The notes below the pieces were generated by a model. The model had not been told where the DNA came from and did no database searches. It was given only the letters and a program-made list of their open reading frames with translations. DNA of 64,000 nucleotides from the human T2T-CHM13v2.0 reference genome, Homo sapiens: NCBI RefSeq assembly GCF_009914755.1, contig NC_060934.1, one strand, 5' to 3'. How positions within the stretch are numbered: the first letter of the stretch is position 1; every line of letters starts with the position of its first letter. The position numbers and the translations under genes were made by a program. This document shows, one piece after another, positions 15,308 to 30,527 of the stretch.

Positions 15308-17604
15308 AAAAGAATACTTAAACCCCAAAATCTTTGTAAAGGAGGCCCTTGAGCCCCTTGCTCGGGCCCACTCCCGCCCTGTGGGGTGCTTTCTTGCTTT
15401 AATAAATCCTTGCTTTCGCTTCTTTGTTCCTGGGTTTCATTCCTCTGTTACTTTGTGCATTTTGTCCAATTATTTTTTCAAAACCCCAAGGATCTGGACA
15501 ATTCACACTCAAGGCCTGCCTTCTGATAACAATAGCAGCATGCTAGTTTATTCCAACATCTTGTCTCATACAAGTCCTCTGTCTAGCTCTCACTAACTAC
15601 TCTCAATTTTCAAAACTCGGTTCTGTTTCAAGAAAACTTCCATGATGACTTATGAATTCAGATTCTCTTTAATTGTGTTCCTATAGTACTATGGTGCTAC
15701 AGTACTCTGTACTTTCCTTTAATTTGGGGACTAAGTCTTTCTAGACGGTCTAGCCTTCTTCAGAACAAAGCATATGCTCAGAGGAACTGGGACAAAGTAG
15801 ATATTGAATAAATACAAAAATCAGTGGGAGCAGGATCCGTTCTGGTTTTGCTGAATCCTCATTGCTTGTAACATGGTGGCATTAGACAAATGTTGGCTAA
15901 AAGAAAGATGAGTAAAATGAGCTAGTTGTGCTTTTATTTCTTGTTTTCTGAGCACTTCTTATTATGTAAGGATCTATTAAAAACGAGGTGCATTCATTTA
16001 TACAAGTACACACGTACTACCAGTTGACTACCTGTTTTAATAATATTAATGCTACAAATCAGTGATGACATTAGTTAGTTGATCCATTTATGGTTTTGAA
16101 CCATTACCCAAAATGTTATCTAGTCATAAGATAACTTGTGTCCTTTTTATCTGTGCTAGTCAATCTGGGAGCTGTTGCAATGAATTAATTAAATTTGAGT
16201 AAATTTTAAAATGTATCTATTCAATTTCATTAGTGACAGGCTAAGTTCTCAATAGCTTTATGTAGATAGTGGCTGCCAAACCAGAAACACAAATACAGAA
16301 TATTAAATTTTATATAGAATATTAAATTTAAATCAATGATGTAGTGGCAGGTTCACAAACTGGAAATTTACCCTCTTTGCTTCTATTTTTCAGAAGTAAA
16401 AATTTGAGGAGAAATACAGTAGTCAGAAGTAAATATTATTCAAAACATGACTATTTCTACATAAATCTACTTATAGAACCCAAAAAGTATTTGCTAAATT
16501 AACCAAGTGAATGTTAAAGAATATACTCATTAGATGCTCCTTAAAAAAACCCCTCAGATTTCTCTCTTATATCTCTAACATTGGATTTTGATGTAACTCA
16601 GAATGTGGTAGTTCCCAAGTAATGGTAAAATATGCATAATTATAGGATTTATGTCATTTTAATACACTTCACTTGAGCTGGTAGTTTTTCATAAAATCTT
16701 TTTTTAATACATATAATTTTGTAGGACTATTTTCTTTAAGTAAGGCTCAGAAATACTATTTATAGGTAAAACACAAAGATAGTAGATGAGGATTAATTAA
16801 ATCATAACATTTTGATGCATTTATTCTGAAATGTTTAATTGATATTATAACATGTTGTGTACCACCTTTGAAACCAGGAAGAAAGAGCTTTCAAAAGTCC
16901 TTTCACTTCATTCATAAAACAAACATTGAAGATATATGTGCGCTATATATATAACATTTTAACAAATAGTGCAAATAGTTCCTCAAACTTTTCTATTGGG
17001 TTATTAAAGTTTGTCTTAGATAAAGAAAGCACATTTTTTGGATAATCTGTCCTCTATTGTACTGGATAAATCTATAGGAAATAGAAATATACAAGCCATA
17101 AAAGCTCAAACCAGATAAAATCCTGATACCATTTCTATTGGTTTTTCTAAAACAGGATTTCAGGAGCTTGAAACTTCTTGGGTCAAACAGAGTCAGCTGT
17201 TAGAGGGTTTTTCCACATAAGATTGCCTTCACCATTGTCAACTTTGTATTAGATTTCTTCTCGTACAAAATATAGCTTTGCTAAATAAAGAAATACGAGG
17301 AAAGTGGTACAGGAAAAAAGTGGCATTTTTCTTCCTCTGCCCAGATCTTACAGTCGGCTCCAAAACACAGCCCAGACCTCTCTAATTTAAAATGCCTCCT
17401 TCTCTGGTAACAAATCTTCCTTGGAGTGTCTCTTTCCTCTTCTGAAGTAGAAGTCCTCATAGCTGATCTCGTTTCCTCCATCTTCTAACCCTCTCTTTCT
17501 CAATGCCTGGAGAAGCAACCAGTGCTAGCTCATGTTTCATGTGGCTCCTAGAGTTTCCATGCCCATGGGTTTTTTTGTTTGTTTGGTTGGTTGGTTGTTT
17601 TTTA

Positions 17605-17830
17605 AGGAATAATAATAACTGGCACATATCACATATCAAGAACTTATTATATGTAAGCATGGTACAAGTGCTTTATCAAACAGTCCTCCTAACTACCCTT
17701 GGAGGTAGTTTGTCCAGTGTACAGATTTGAAAGTGAGGTGTAGAAATGAGTCACATGGTTAGTATGTGCTAGAGCCAGAATTTGAACACAGGCAGAGATT
17801 GAGCTCTTTACTATAACAGTGCCATCTTTG
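17605..17830 (-). mobile_element. MIR
   Basis: aataataactggcac...tacagat...gaggt...agagccagaatttgaacacaggcag. Confidence 0.7.
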
Positions 17831-18215
17831 GAAAAGCACTCTCAATTCCCTTCAGATTCAACCAATGTCTTCAGAGCTGTAAACCATGAAAATGATTACC
17901 TACCTGTTCCAAAAGGGTTAAAGAATATCATTGAAAACTCTCTCTTCTACCTCTGCAACTTGACTCCTCCAATTTCTGTCCAGTTATTAAGTCATAAAAT
18001 AAATAATTCCTTTCATATTTTAGGGACACTGTTATCTGATTATCCATTTACTTACCAGAGAAATGGTGAAATCATGAAACATGTTATTTTATTTATAGTA
18101 AATAGATCACAGGGAACAGACATTTCTCTGCATAAGCTAAACAAATAGCCAGTAAGCACATGAAAATGCTGAAAATAGTTAGCCATCAAGAAAATGCACA
18201 TCAAAACCACAATGA

Positions 18216-18361
18216 GGCCAGGCACGGTGGCTCGTGCTAATCCCAGCACTTTGGGAGGCCAAGGCGGAGGTTGCAGTGAGCCAAGATTGTGCCACTACTC
18301 CAGCCTCTGCAAGGGAGTGAGGCTCTGTCTCAAAACAAAACAAAACAAAACAAAACAAAAC
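18216..18361 (+). mobile_element. Internally deleted Alu (left-arm start fused to right-arm end)
   Basis: ggccaggcacggtggctc...gggaggccaaggcgga|ggttgcagtgagcc...tgtctc(AAAAC)n; ACCACAATGA on both flanks. Confidence 0.88.
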
Positions 18362-18428
18362 ACCACAATGAGATACAGCTTCATATCTGAATAGCTATAA
18401 TTAAAAATAAAAAAACAAGTGATGACAG

Positions 18429-18904
18429 TGTTACTAAGCAATCAATGGGCTCATTGCCCAATGCACATAGAGGTCATAGTGCTGGCTTTTGAGAAAAGAA
18501 AAGCTTTATTGCAAATCCACTGGCAGGGAGATAGAAGGAAGCCCTCAAATCTGTCTTCCTGCCCTGGGGTTTGGGTAGGGTTTTATAAGCATAGGGTAAT
18601 GAGATGTGATCTGATTGGATCTTGCAATGAGCTGATGTTGAGGGCATGATCTGACTGGATCCTACCATCATAGGGTGGTGCCACGGCTTGATCTGATTGG
18701 AACCTGGACCCTGCCATGCAGTGTTCACTTCTTAATTCAGTCCCCAACCCTCAGTCTGAAAACTTAGGTTCCCCCCACCACCCTCCAGCCTGTGGTTGCA
18801 CACTTGCTTCATCTGGGCATGCTCAACCTGGGAGTCCATGGCAACTGAAAAACTCACAACTTTGTTACAAAAAAACAGAATCAGATTGGTCTATTGCAGT
18901 TACA
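18429..18904 (-). mobile_element. ERV1-class solo LTR (family not determined)
   Basis: TGTTAC...GTTACA termini, minus-strand AATAAA (ctttattgc ~18504) and repeated CCAAT boxes (gattgg); L1 sequence resumes on both sides. Confidence 0.7.
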
Positions 18905-19581
18905 AGAGGATGTAGAGAAACTGGAACCCTCATTTGTTTTTCGGGGGAATGTAAAATAGTTTGGTCGTTTTGGAAAACAGTCTAATGGTTCCTCTGAAGT
19001 TAACATAAAGTTCCTATATGATGTAGCAATTCTACTCCTAGGTATATACCCAAGAGAAATGAAAACATATGTGCACACAAATGTTCACACCGGCACTATT
19101 CATAATAGCCTGAATGAAAACAACACAAATATCCATCAACTGGTGAATGAATAAATAAAATGTGGTATATTCATACAAAAGAATACTAATTGACAATAAT
19201 GCTACAACATGGATAAATTTTTTTTAAAAATTATGTTAAGTAAAAGAAGCTGAAGACCATACGTTGTATGATTCACTTTTTAGGAAATATCCAGAATATC
19301 TATAGTGAGGAAAAGTAGAACAGTGGTTGCCTAAGGCTGAGAGTAAAAGAGTAGGAAGTGGATCCAGTGTTTCTTTCTGGGGTGATGAATATGTTCTAAA
19401 TGTAGGTGTGGTGGTGGCTGCACAACTCTATGACTATCGTAACAACCATTACATTGGATGCTTTAAATAGGTGGATCTTATGGTGTGTAATTTATATGTT
19501 GATAAAAATGTTAAAAAAAGACACCATGGGAAAAATAGGTCACAGGATTGTTTAAATTAGATATTGACTAGAATTACTTTA

Positions 19582-19965
<384 letters not shown>

Positions 19966-20204
19966 TCATTGCCTCTATAATCCTAAAACCCAAGTCTAGT
20001 ACTTGGTTCTTGGGAGAAAAAACAACAAGAAAAAACATAAGGGCAAAAGATTGATTTCATAAATTTTTCACTGTTGCCCAAAAATCACATGTTCTAGACC
20101 TGTAATGACCTTCATCACTTAGTGAAAATGATGCCTAATATTTCTCCACATTCAGCCCTCAGTGTGGATACTGTTCGACCTTATTACTTGTCTCTTTCAT
20201 AAAA

Positions 20205-20395
20205 CTGAATGATATAATGGGGACAGTAAGGGCTTGGAAGTCAGACAAACTTGGATTCAATGGTGCTTCCACCTCTTATGAGCTGTTGTGACTTAGGGCA
20301 AATTAGTCAACTTCCTCCAATTTTAGTGAAGTTAAAGATGCTGCGTGTCAAATGCCTGGCATTTCATAGGTTCTCAATACATGCTGTTTGTATGT
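20205..20395 (+). mobile_element. MIR
   Basis: ggaagtcagacaaacttggattcaa...agctgttgtgacttagggcaaattagt...tgcctggca...ctcaatacatg. Confidence 0.75.
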
Positions 20396-21149
20396 TATTT
20401 ATGACCCAACCTTCCAAAAGAGGACATAGAACTCATAAGTGGCATGTGTTGGTTCTGGAACACTTGCAAGAGCCTTGCTACTAACTCCCTCCCTCAAAAA
20501 TAAATAACTCCACTCCCCCTAATCTTGTGGCTGATGTCTGAAATTGCACTATTATAGTCTCTTTCCATCAACTCAAAGTATTTGCTCACTGTGTAAATTA
20601 AAATGCCTATTGGAATTAAAAAACATTTTAAATAATTATATTTCATGTCTATATCAATATGTTATATTTCATTTTTTATTAAAATAAAAGACTAGACAAA
20701 AAAGCTTCCATAATGTGGTGGGGAAGACACAGAAGACTTTCTGAACAGCTGGAAATGAACTGGAGACAGCTCCTCCTGCTTGGGGTGACCAGCCATGATC
20801 ATATATGTGGAGTAAGTCTGTGGTTTTGTGGGGAAAACAAAACAACAACAAAACAAAAAAAGTAACTATTCCTCCCTCATTCTTTCCTGCCTCCTCTCTT
20901 CTTTGAAGAGACCACTCTTCAGCCCTGGTCATTTGTGAGCCTTTGCCACAGTGCTGGCCCTGAAAGGAGATCAGTTTCACAATCCTGCTTGGCTGGCATG
21001 GGCTGAGTCACTGACCAGCCCATCAATCCCCTTCCTTCTATGTAATCCTGGGTAAATGAAAGAATGGGCAAGAGATGCAGATAAGCCTCTTTTTTCCTCT
21101 ACCCGGAATAATCCAGCTTGAATTCCTCAGGACGAGTAGTTTTGGGCCA

Positions 21150-21447
21150 TTTTATTTTACTTTATTCTTTAACTTTTAGGTTCAGGGGTCCATGTGTAGG
21201 TTTGTTATACAGGTAAACTGCGTGTCGCGGGGCTTTGGTGTACAATTAATTTTATCACCCAGGTAATAAGCATAGTACCCAAAAGGCATTTTTTTCTGAT
21301 CCTCTCCCTCTTCACCCCCATCAAGTAGGCCCCAGTGCCTGTTGTTCCTCTCTTAGTATGCATGTGTTCTCGTTCGGCTCCCCCTTATAAGTGAGAACAT
21401 GCAGGATATGGTTTTCTGTTCCTGTGTTAGATTGCATAGGATAATGG
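21150..21447 (-). mobile_element. L1PA (about PA13-16) 3' end
   Basis: ggttcaggggtccatgtgtaggtttgttatacaggtaaactgcgtgtc...ataagtgagaacatgc; GGCCATTTTA on both flanks. Confidence 0.88.
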
Positions 21448-21709
21448 AGCTTTGGCCATTTTAAACCAAGGTTATCACTGGCCAAAGCTCAACTAGCTTG
21501 CTTGTGTCAGTACAGGCACTAACTAGGGGAAAAGTTTCTAAAAACATGTTTATCTGAAAATGATGACAATGAAATCCCCACCAATCAAAGATCCTATAAG
21601 CCATCTTCCTTCCAATTCACAAAACATTCTAGTTAAGCACATTTGTTTCCCCCATAGGCAAACAAAGCCCCAATTAGGACTGGAATGCAAGTAGTCTGAA
21701 CACATGTGA

Positions 21710-22045
<336 letters not shown>

Positions 22046-23168
22046 TCTTTACAGCCTCTTGATGGTTTGATGTCACCACTTGAAAGGCCTTGATTTGAAT
22101 TTAAATTGTTGTTTGCTAGAAATGTTTTGAGTTCACTCATTTAAGGCCAATGAAAACTTTCAAGAAAAAAAAAGTTAATTTGCTTAATTTACAAATGTTG
22201 ATTTGGTTAATTTGTACTCTTAATTATGATTAGGTTCAAAGACAAGGTTAAAAGCACAAATTGCAGTATAGAGTTTTGCTACCATTTCCAATACATTTAC
22301 TGAAAATGAAGTAACAGAACAAACACTGGGCTGATCCTTTGAACTATTCTTGTTATACTGGTCCTTTCTTTTTGACACTTTAGAATACTTAGATGAGGTT
22401 TGAAAAATTGTTAGCAGCAGAATTCTGTTGAGGGTTTATTCACACTGAATCATAAGCATGCTGATTTGACAGCTTCAAAATTTCTTCTAGAAATCTTGTT
22501 TCTAGTCTAGATAAGCTCTGTGTGATGTTAGGCAATATTTCTGGGTTATAGGGAAAGACATTTACAAAAGAAAATGGAGTACCCAGATGTTAGCATTCCT
22601 ATCTGGATAGTATATCCTACCAGAAAAATAATGAGATTTGTGGGATTAGAGAACAATTTAGGTTTTATGAGATAATTTTTTGACGAATGGTGGTGGCATT
22701 CATTCCAGAGAGTCACAGCTTGGCTGAAACAATTTTTGGTGTGCCATGTTTCTGGTGATCATATATAATAAATATAAATGTTTCTACCAATTCAATACAA
22801 CTTCTTCTCCATATCTAAGGAAAAAAGGGTTACACATATGGACAAAATACATTCAGGTGTCTTCCCCAAACAACAATAATTTCAATTATGCTGTCTTAGG
22901 TTTCCCAGTAGATCCAATGTTCACTCAATTATCTGTGAAGGAACAAGATTTTTGTTTGTCTGCTTGCTTGTCCAATGTGGCATCTAATACATGGGCTATC
23001 TCCTATTTTCCTCAGATTGGGTAAGGATTTTTGCCAATTCTTGATTTTCTCTGCTAGTGGAAGGGAAGCCATGTAGGTAAATTAAAAATCCCTTCTATTT
23101 GTCATAATATTAATTTTATGGTGCTTTTATTTGTTGTTGTCATTGTTTTCACTTTCTTGTAGGATTAA

Positions 23169-23335
23169 AGCAGTGCTTTTCAAACATTTATTTGCATGTG
23201 GATCCTTGGGGATCTTATTAATATGCAGGCTTTGATTCAGCAGGTCTGGGTGGGCACCTAGATTCTGCATTTCTAACAGGCTCCCAGGTGATGCTGGTGC
23301 TGCTGGTCTAAGGAGCACACTTTAATTAGCAAGAG
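23169..23335. mobile_element. MER5A
   Basis: cagtgcttttcaaac...ctgcatttctaacaggctcccaggtgatgctggtgctgctggtc...cacacttt. Confidence 0.85.
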
Positions 23336-23853
23336 ATTAGGGTATATTCTGTTCTCCTCAGTATATAACATCACAAGGAAGGGGAAGGAGGAGGACTGGA
23401 ATGGTGGCAGGCTGGTGTCTCTCCTGCGTAATCCCGTGGAGGTTAAAGGGAGACAACTATGGCAGCACCAAACCTCAGATAACATTTCCTCAAGGATTTT
23501 TCTTCCTCTGCCTGAAAAATTTCTGTGAGGAAATTAAAGCATTGACCTGCTTTGTCTAAAATTGCCAGTAACAATCCTTTTTTTTTTTTTTTTTTTTTAG
23601 TGAAACAAGGATTTGGATGCTTACAAAGTATCAGGGTAAATTCTAGATTTTAAAGATTTTTAAAGTATTTTAAAAAATTACCTTGCCCCCACAGTATTTA
23701 ACAATGTTGTATTTTTAGCTCCTTTTATAAAATCTTGTAGAAACAGTCAACATAGTTTTCACAGAAATAACTTTTTCACACTCATGCTAATATCAGTCAA
23801 TCAATCTATATAAAACAAAAAATAGTACAATTGGTATAAACTGGTTTACCATC

Positions 23854-24218
23854 TGATATGGTTTGGCTCTGTGTCCCCACTCAAATCTCATCTTGTAGCT
23901 CCCATAATTCCCATGTGTTGTGGGAGGTACCTGGTGGGAGATGACTGAATCATGGGGGTGGTCTTTCCCATGCTGTTTTCATGATAGTGAGTGGGTTTCA
24001 TGAGATCTGATGGCTTTAAAACAGTGGTATCCCTGCACAAGCTCTCTCTGCCTACTGCCATCCATATAAGACATGACTTGCTCCTCCTTGCATTCCGCCA
24101 TGCTTGTGAGGCTTCCTCAGCCACGTGGAACTGTGAGTTCTCCATTAAACCTCTTTCCTTTGTAAGTTTCTGAGTCTGGGGTATGTATTTATCAGCAGCA
24201 TGAAAACAGACTAATACA
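23854..24218 (+). mobile_element. THE1 (THE1C-like) MaLR solo LTR, 5-bp TSD
   Basis: TGATATGGTTTGGCTCTGTGTCCCC...GACTAATACA; TSD CCATC at 23849 and 24219. Confidence 0.93.
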
Positions 24219-24245
24219 CCATCAAACACAGTTGACATAATAAAT

Positions 24246-24252
24246 CTATCTA

Positions 24253-24288
<36 letters not shown>
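24246..24288. repeat. (TATC)n tetranucleotide STR
   Basis: tctatctactatctatctatctatc... Confidence 0.9.
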
Positions 24289-24940
24289 ATTTCAAAGCAT
24301 TCAAGATAGTTTTCAGAGAAATAACTTTTTATTTTTACAATCATATTTCATACATACACACATTATCTATACCTATGTTTGTGCCTATATGCATATTCAT
24401 ATATTATAATAATAGATAAAACCAGCATAGATTTGTTTGGGAACAAACATGATTTACATGATAAATATAACATGGGCATAATGAAGAGTAACTCATTCAT
24501 GACAATCATCAAGTTTGGTGGGTGCATAGAAGAACCATTATGCTTTGCAAAGGGTTGGAGAATATGGATTAATCCCATACAATGTGTAAGTGGTGCTCAG
24601 GTAAGATAACTACTCTTAACAAACAAACAAGAAAGACAACAAGATTATGAGAGAGAATTGGGAGACCATTTAAATTTACGTTTGCTTTGTCTGTGGTTTC
24701 CCAGGTGTTCAGGAAAAGGCCTCTGAGTAAGTGCTATACTATGTAAGCCAAGACCTGAGTAAAGAGAATCAACTAGCCATTCAAAGGCCTGGGGAAAGAG
24801 TGGGTGATGAGCAAGAGAAACTCCAAGTACAGAGATGAAAATGAGTCTGGCAAATTCAATTAAATAAAACTAGGCCCAAAATATTTGTAGAAGTGAGTAA
24901 GGGGCCAACGGTAGTGTGCGACATTGGTATACTTAAGGCT

Positions 24941-25359
24941 TGTATTAGTTCATTCTTGCATTTCTATAAAGAAATACCTGAGATGGGGTAATTTATAAAG
25001 AAAAGAGGTTTAATTGGCTCATGTTTCTGCAGGCTGTACAGGAAGCATGATGCTGGCATTGACTTGGCTTCTGGGGAGACCTCAGGGAACTTAGAATCAT
25101 GACAAAGGGAAAGGGGCAGCAGGCACAGGACCAGAGCAGGAGCAAGAGAGCAGAGGGGGAGGTGCTGCACACTTTTAAATTACCAGATTACATGAGAACT
25201 CACTCACTAATAAGAGGACAGTACCATGGGGGATGGTGATAAACTATTCATGAGAAATCCACCCTCATGATCCAATCACCTCCCACAAGGCCCCTCCTCC
25301 AACACCGGGGATTATATTTCAATATGAGATTTGGGTGGGGACACATCCAAACTATATCA
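24941..25359 (-). mobile_element. MSTA-like MaLR solo LTR inserted in an L2 relic (~24690-25500)
   Basis: tgtattagttcattcttgcatt...aaagaaaagaggtttaattggctca...catccaaactatatca; flanks AGGCT/GGGCT. Confidence 0.9.
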
Positions 25360-25662
25360 GGGCTATATAGGACACATAAGGATTTTGAATTTTATTCTAA
25401 GAGCAATGTAAGCCATGAGAGGTTTTAACAGGGAAATAACATGATCTGGTTAAGGGCTTTTGTTTTGTTTTGTTTAAATTACTGTGCCTGTTATATGAAA
25501 GTTTATATAGTGGGTCATTTTCTATAATCTACATAAGTAGATTCCTAAATTGGTACAGGCTGCTTCATATTCATTCCAGGCAACAAAGTGAGATAGTAGA
25601 GAATCAGAGAGTCAGAGGTTGGCAGGTACATCAATAACAGATAAAGAAATTAAAGAATTTTG

Positions 25663-25969
<307 letters not shown>

Positions 25970-26326
25970 GAATTACGTTCCATTATGTATACTATCCATA
26001 TCTTCATTCTAGAGCTGTTAACATTTAATATCTACATATATGAATAATATATATCATATTTTATAAATATATGTTTTCATTGAAAAAGAAGATATTGCTA
26101 TTTTGGATTAATATTTATTGAAAATGCAAACATTTGTGGGCTAAATATACTGATTGGCTTAGTTTCCTAGGACATTCCTTTGCTCAGTATAGCTCATCAA
26201 AATCCACAAAAAAAAAATGCATCAAGATTTTTGTTTTTGTTTGCTTTGGGTTTTCCTTTTGTTGCTGGTTGATTTTGCAGAAATACATGTGCCGAACCAG
26301 TTGCTAAACAGGTTTTTCTTTTTATC

Positions 26327-26633
26327 TTTTTTTTTTTTTTTTTGAGATAAGGTCTTGCTCTGTCACCCAGGCTGGAGTGCAGTGGCGAGATCCCGGCTCA
26401 CTGCAGCCTCCACCTCCTGGGCTGAAGTGATCCTCCCACTTCAACGTCCTAAGTAGCTGGGACTACAGAGCCATGCCACCATGGCCAACTAATGAACTAA
26501 TTTTTGTATACTTTATAGAGACAGGGTTTCACCATGCTGCTCAGGCTGGTCTCAAACTCCTGGACACAAGCGATCCTCCAGCCTTGGGCTCCCAAACAGC
26601 TGGGATTGCAGGCGTGAGATACCTTGTCTGGCC
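26327..26633 (-). mobile_element. AluJ
   Basis: Full dimer, diverged. Confidence 0.92.
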
Positions 26634-26719
26634 TTGAGCAAGTTTTTCTATGCTACATTTGTCAAACTAGACACTAATATTGATCCAATCTAATAATTAT
26701 GTTTTTATACTGAGTAAAA

Positions 26720-26890
26720 GCAGGAGTTGTAAGCTCGAAGGCTAGGAGGAGGTTAGGCTTGTGGCCAAATTGGAGAATATAAGCTGCTTCTACAGGCATT
26801 TAAGTTCAAAATTTTCAAGAAAATTGACTGGTCAAATAAAACATATCTGTAGGCTCAATTGGTCCACAGATCACCAATTTGAGGTTTCTT
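26720..26890. mobile_element. MER45A-like hAT-Tip100 MITE
   Basis: ggtcaaataaaacatatctgtaggctcaattggtccacagatcaccaatttgaggtttct resembles the MER45A 3' end. Confidence 0.5.
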
Positions 26891-27168
26891 GTCCAAAGAT
26901 ATTTAAAACTTTTAGGGAACAAAACTTGAATAACATTGACAATAATTCTACAAGTTTCAATAGTGTAATTTCTCTGATGCTTAAAATAGATGAGGATCTT
27001 TTCCTCTGATGATTGATAAGCATAAAAAGATGAAATCATTTTGGATATAGGCTTAGCCAAAGATAGGAAATATATTGTATTAATAGTTGATGGTTGTATT
27101 TACTCTCCCATACAAGGTTTGTGTCTGGCAATGTTTTTAGTCCTGATTTATGTCACTATATTGATTAA

Positions 27169-27560
<392 letters not shown>

Positions 27561-27644
27561 CAACTATACCATTTTCCAATGTTGGCACTCATTTTAAATG
27601 TTATTAAGGTGAGTCTGTAGGATTCACTTAAAGAATGTGTACAT

Positions 27645-27785
27645 CGCCATACTCAGCTAATTTTTACATTTTTTGTAGAGACAGGATCTCCCTGTGTTGC
27701 CCAGGCTGGTCTTAAAGTCCTGAACTCAAGTGATCCTTCTGCCTCAACCTCCCAAACTGCTGGCATGAGCCACTGCATCTGCACG
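27645..27785 (-). mobile_element. Alu left-arm/FLAM fragment
   Basis: gctaatttttacattttttgtagagacagg...atgagccactgca. Confidence 0.85.
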
Positions 27786-28023
27786 TCAGATATATTTTTT
27801 TAAATGACCAACCTTTGTAATACATATGAGATTCATTTCAAATGTCTGCAGATATTATACATACTCAATCATATAAAATTAATTATGATTGAGAATGTTG
27901 TGTATTTTTTGTAATTAGCTACGTACTTTTTATTTTTTTATTTTTAAAACCCTATGATTAAAGGGTAGTTACCTAGTTTGGGAATCTAAACCAACTCTTG
28001 GTTATAAAGGGTTGTTATTAAAT

Positions 28024-28328
<305 letters not shown>

Positions 28329-28416
28329 TTATTTGGTAAATATTTGGGTGCTTTTTAATAGTATTTAATAAGCACCAGGTTTGTTATTTTTAATGATGTT
28401 ACCCCAAGTGTCACTT

Positions 28417-28757
<341 letters not shown>

Positions 28758-30477
28758 TGACATGTTATATATTGTTGTAGAATAATATCAAGAACAAACA
28801 TGATAGTTAATATTTTATGAGAAAGGTAATTGGTAATATGAATATTTGTGAAGGTGAATTTTCAACCAAAGGAGTAAACTTTTGTTTCAGGGTGCATAAA
28901 AACAAACGAAAATATTTAAAGATCTGATTCAGTTAACATTTGAAATAAATATATATAAGCACATTATATAGTATGCCAATATCATGTAATATCCCTATTA
29001 ACATTTAATATTAAAATTTATATTTATGGATACTTACAATATATTAATGATGTCCGTAATATGAATTAGTTCTTAACCAGAGCATTCTTGATAAGAGACT
29101 GATGAAAAAAGTAAGCTTCAACCAGGAAAGTCCGTCTAGAGATTAGCTAATATAAAGCAGTGAGAGACTGACATTCTTTTGTGAGAAGACTCTCAGATGT
29201 AACTGATAATTCAGTTTCTCTGCCACAGTAGGTTGTTGCACATAATTATCCTTAGACCTCATCAGACCTAAGAGAAAGGCCTGACACACCATAGGAAATT
29301 ATGTTCTGTGTGCTTAGCTAATGTCCCATCACAGCATGGAAAAACAAGAAGCTCTGCAAGCCGTGATTACGTTAACGGTTTTCTTTCTTAAATGTTTTTC
29401 TACCATTAAAATTCTGAAAAGTGTAGTTGAAAAGCCAAACATAATCTTACTTAGATAAGCCTACTTTTGACTGGGATTCACATTGGCTTATATCTTATCA
29501 AATACTCCCAAATCCTAGGAAGTCAGCAGATATTAAAACATATTTTTGGTATTAATCATCAGTAATATTAGGGCAAGGACTAATGGGCAGGCACTGATTA
29601 AAGTTGATCATTTCATAATCCCAAAAAACATGTACTGCCCAAGAGGATAAGCCTTAAAGAAGCATTAGCAAATCACTGTTTCACCCTGTCATCTTCAACT
29701 ATTATGATGAATGAATTGGTGATTTTATTTTAGTCTACACATCCTAGGGAAAATTCAGGATGTGAGGGGTTATAAACGATGATTGTGTAGAAAAACACAT
29801 AAAAGATTCTGATTGTGGCAATATTGCTTGCTTTATTCTTTACTATCAAATGAAATAAGGCTCTATGCTTTCTACATCAATATTGGAATGTTCAATGATT
29901 CAGAAGTGAGGAGAATCTATTTCCTTAGCTTTCACAGAGTAGAGGTGATTGTTTTTAATAACCTGTTTCTAATTGTTTTTTGAAATGGAAATAGTTGTTA
30001 TAGCTCATTTGTTCTGTGTTGCATCTAAACCCTTATGAAGGCAGCATATGTGCTCTTAATGGGATTTTTTCCCCCTAATAACTCTAATAAAATATTTTGT
30101 CCTGTTCCCATCTGTGAATATGGGAATGAGATAGGCTGTCCCTGTGTTCAGTTTGTGGAAGTGGACGTAAAAAGTGCACTGCAATATAACTAATGTTGTC
30201 AGTAATGAAGATAGCTACGAGGTGCTATTGAAATACAGAGGAATTCTCTCTGGGGAACATAAGCTTAATATCTGACTACCGCCAAGATGTTGCTTATACC
30301 AACCACAAAATGGCCCATCTTTATAGTTATTTCAACTGTCAAACTATATAGATAATGGCTCTAAGTGAGTTCCATCCATTCCTGCAATTTCATTAGTTCT
30401 GCCTTTTTCATTAAAAACAAAAGGTAATCAGGCCCCATGTATATCCAGAATGGAAGACTTTTGTATAATGTATTCAT

Positions 30478-30527
30478 TAAAAATAAACATATCAGATACT
30501 AATGTCAGCCTTAATTGTATCTTTATT
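30478..30527 (-). terminator. Distal polyadenylation site of CSTF2T
   Basis: Minus strand reads AATAAA-GATACAATTAAGGCTGA-CA^-TTAGTATCTGATATGTTTATTTTT: canonical hexamer, CA at about +19, GU/U-rich downstream element. Confidence 0.75.

Larger units (their letters stand above)
14683..15531 (+). mobile_element. ERV1 solo LTR (MER51-like) with 4-bp TSD, carrying two young L1 insertions
   Basis: Starts TGAGGCAGGAGAATAGGGTCTGG and ends ...GATAACA. TSD ATAG at 14679-14682 and 15532-15535; internal AATAAA at ~15401. Flanked by L2-like sequence. Confidence 0.88.
18110..19518 (+). mobile_element. L1MB/MC-type 3' region, interrupted by an Alu and an LTR
   Basis: aagcacatgaaaatgct...aaaaccacaatgagatac...gaggatgtagagaaactggaaccctca...gcaattctactcctaggtatatacccaagagaaatgaaaacatatgt. 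Confidence 0.88.

Noticed and set aside
14717-15310. Single twin-primed (5'-inverted) L1 explaining both L1 fragments
   Set aside because: Each fragment has its own poly(A) and TSD, they differ at a diagnostic base (G vs A), and colinear LTR sequence separates them.
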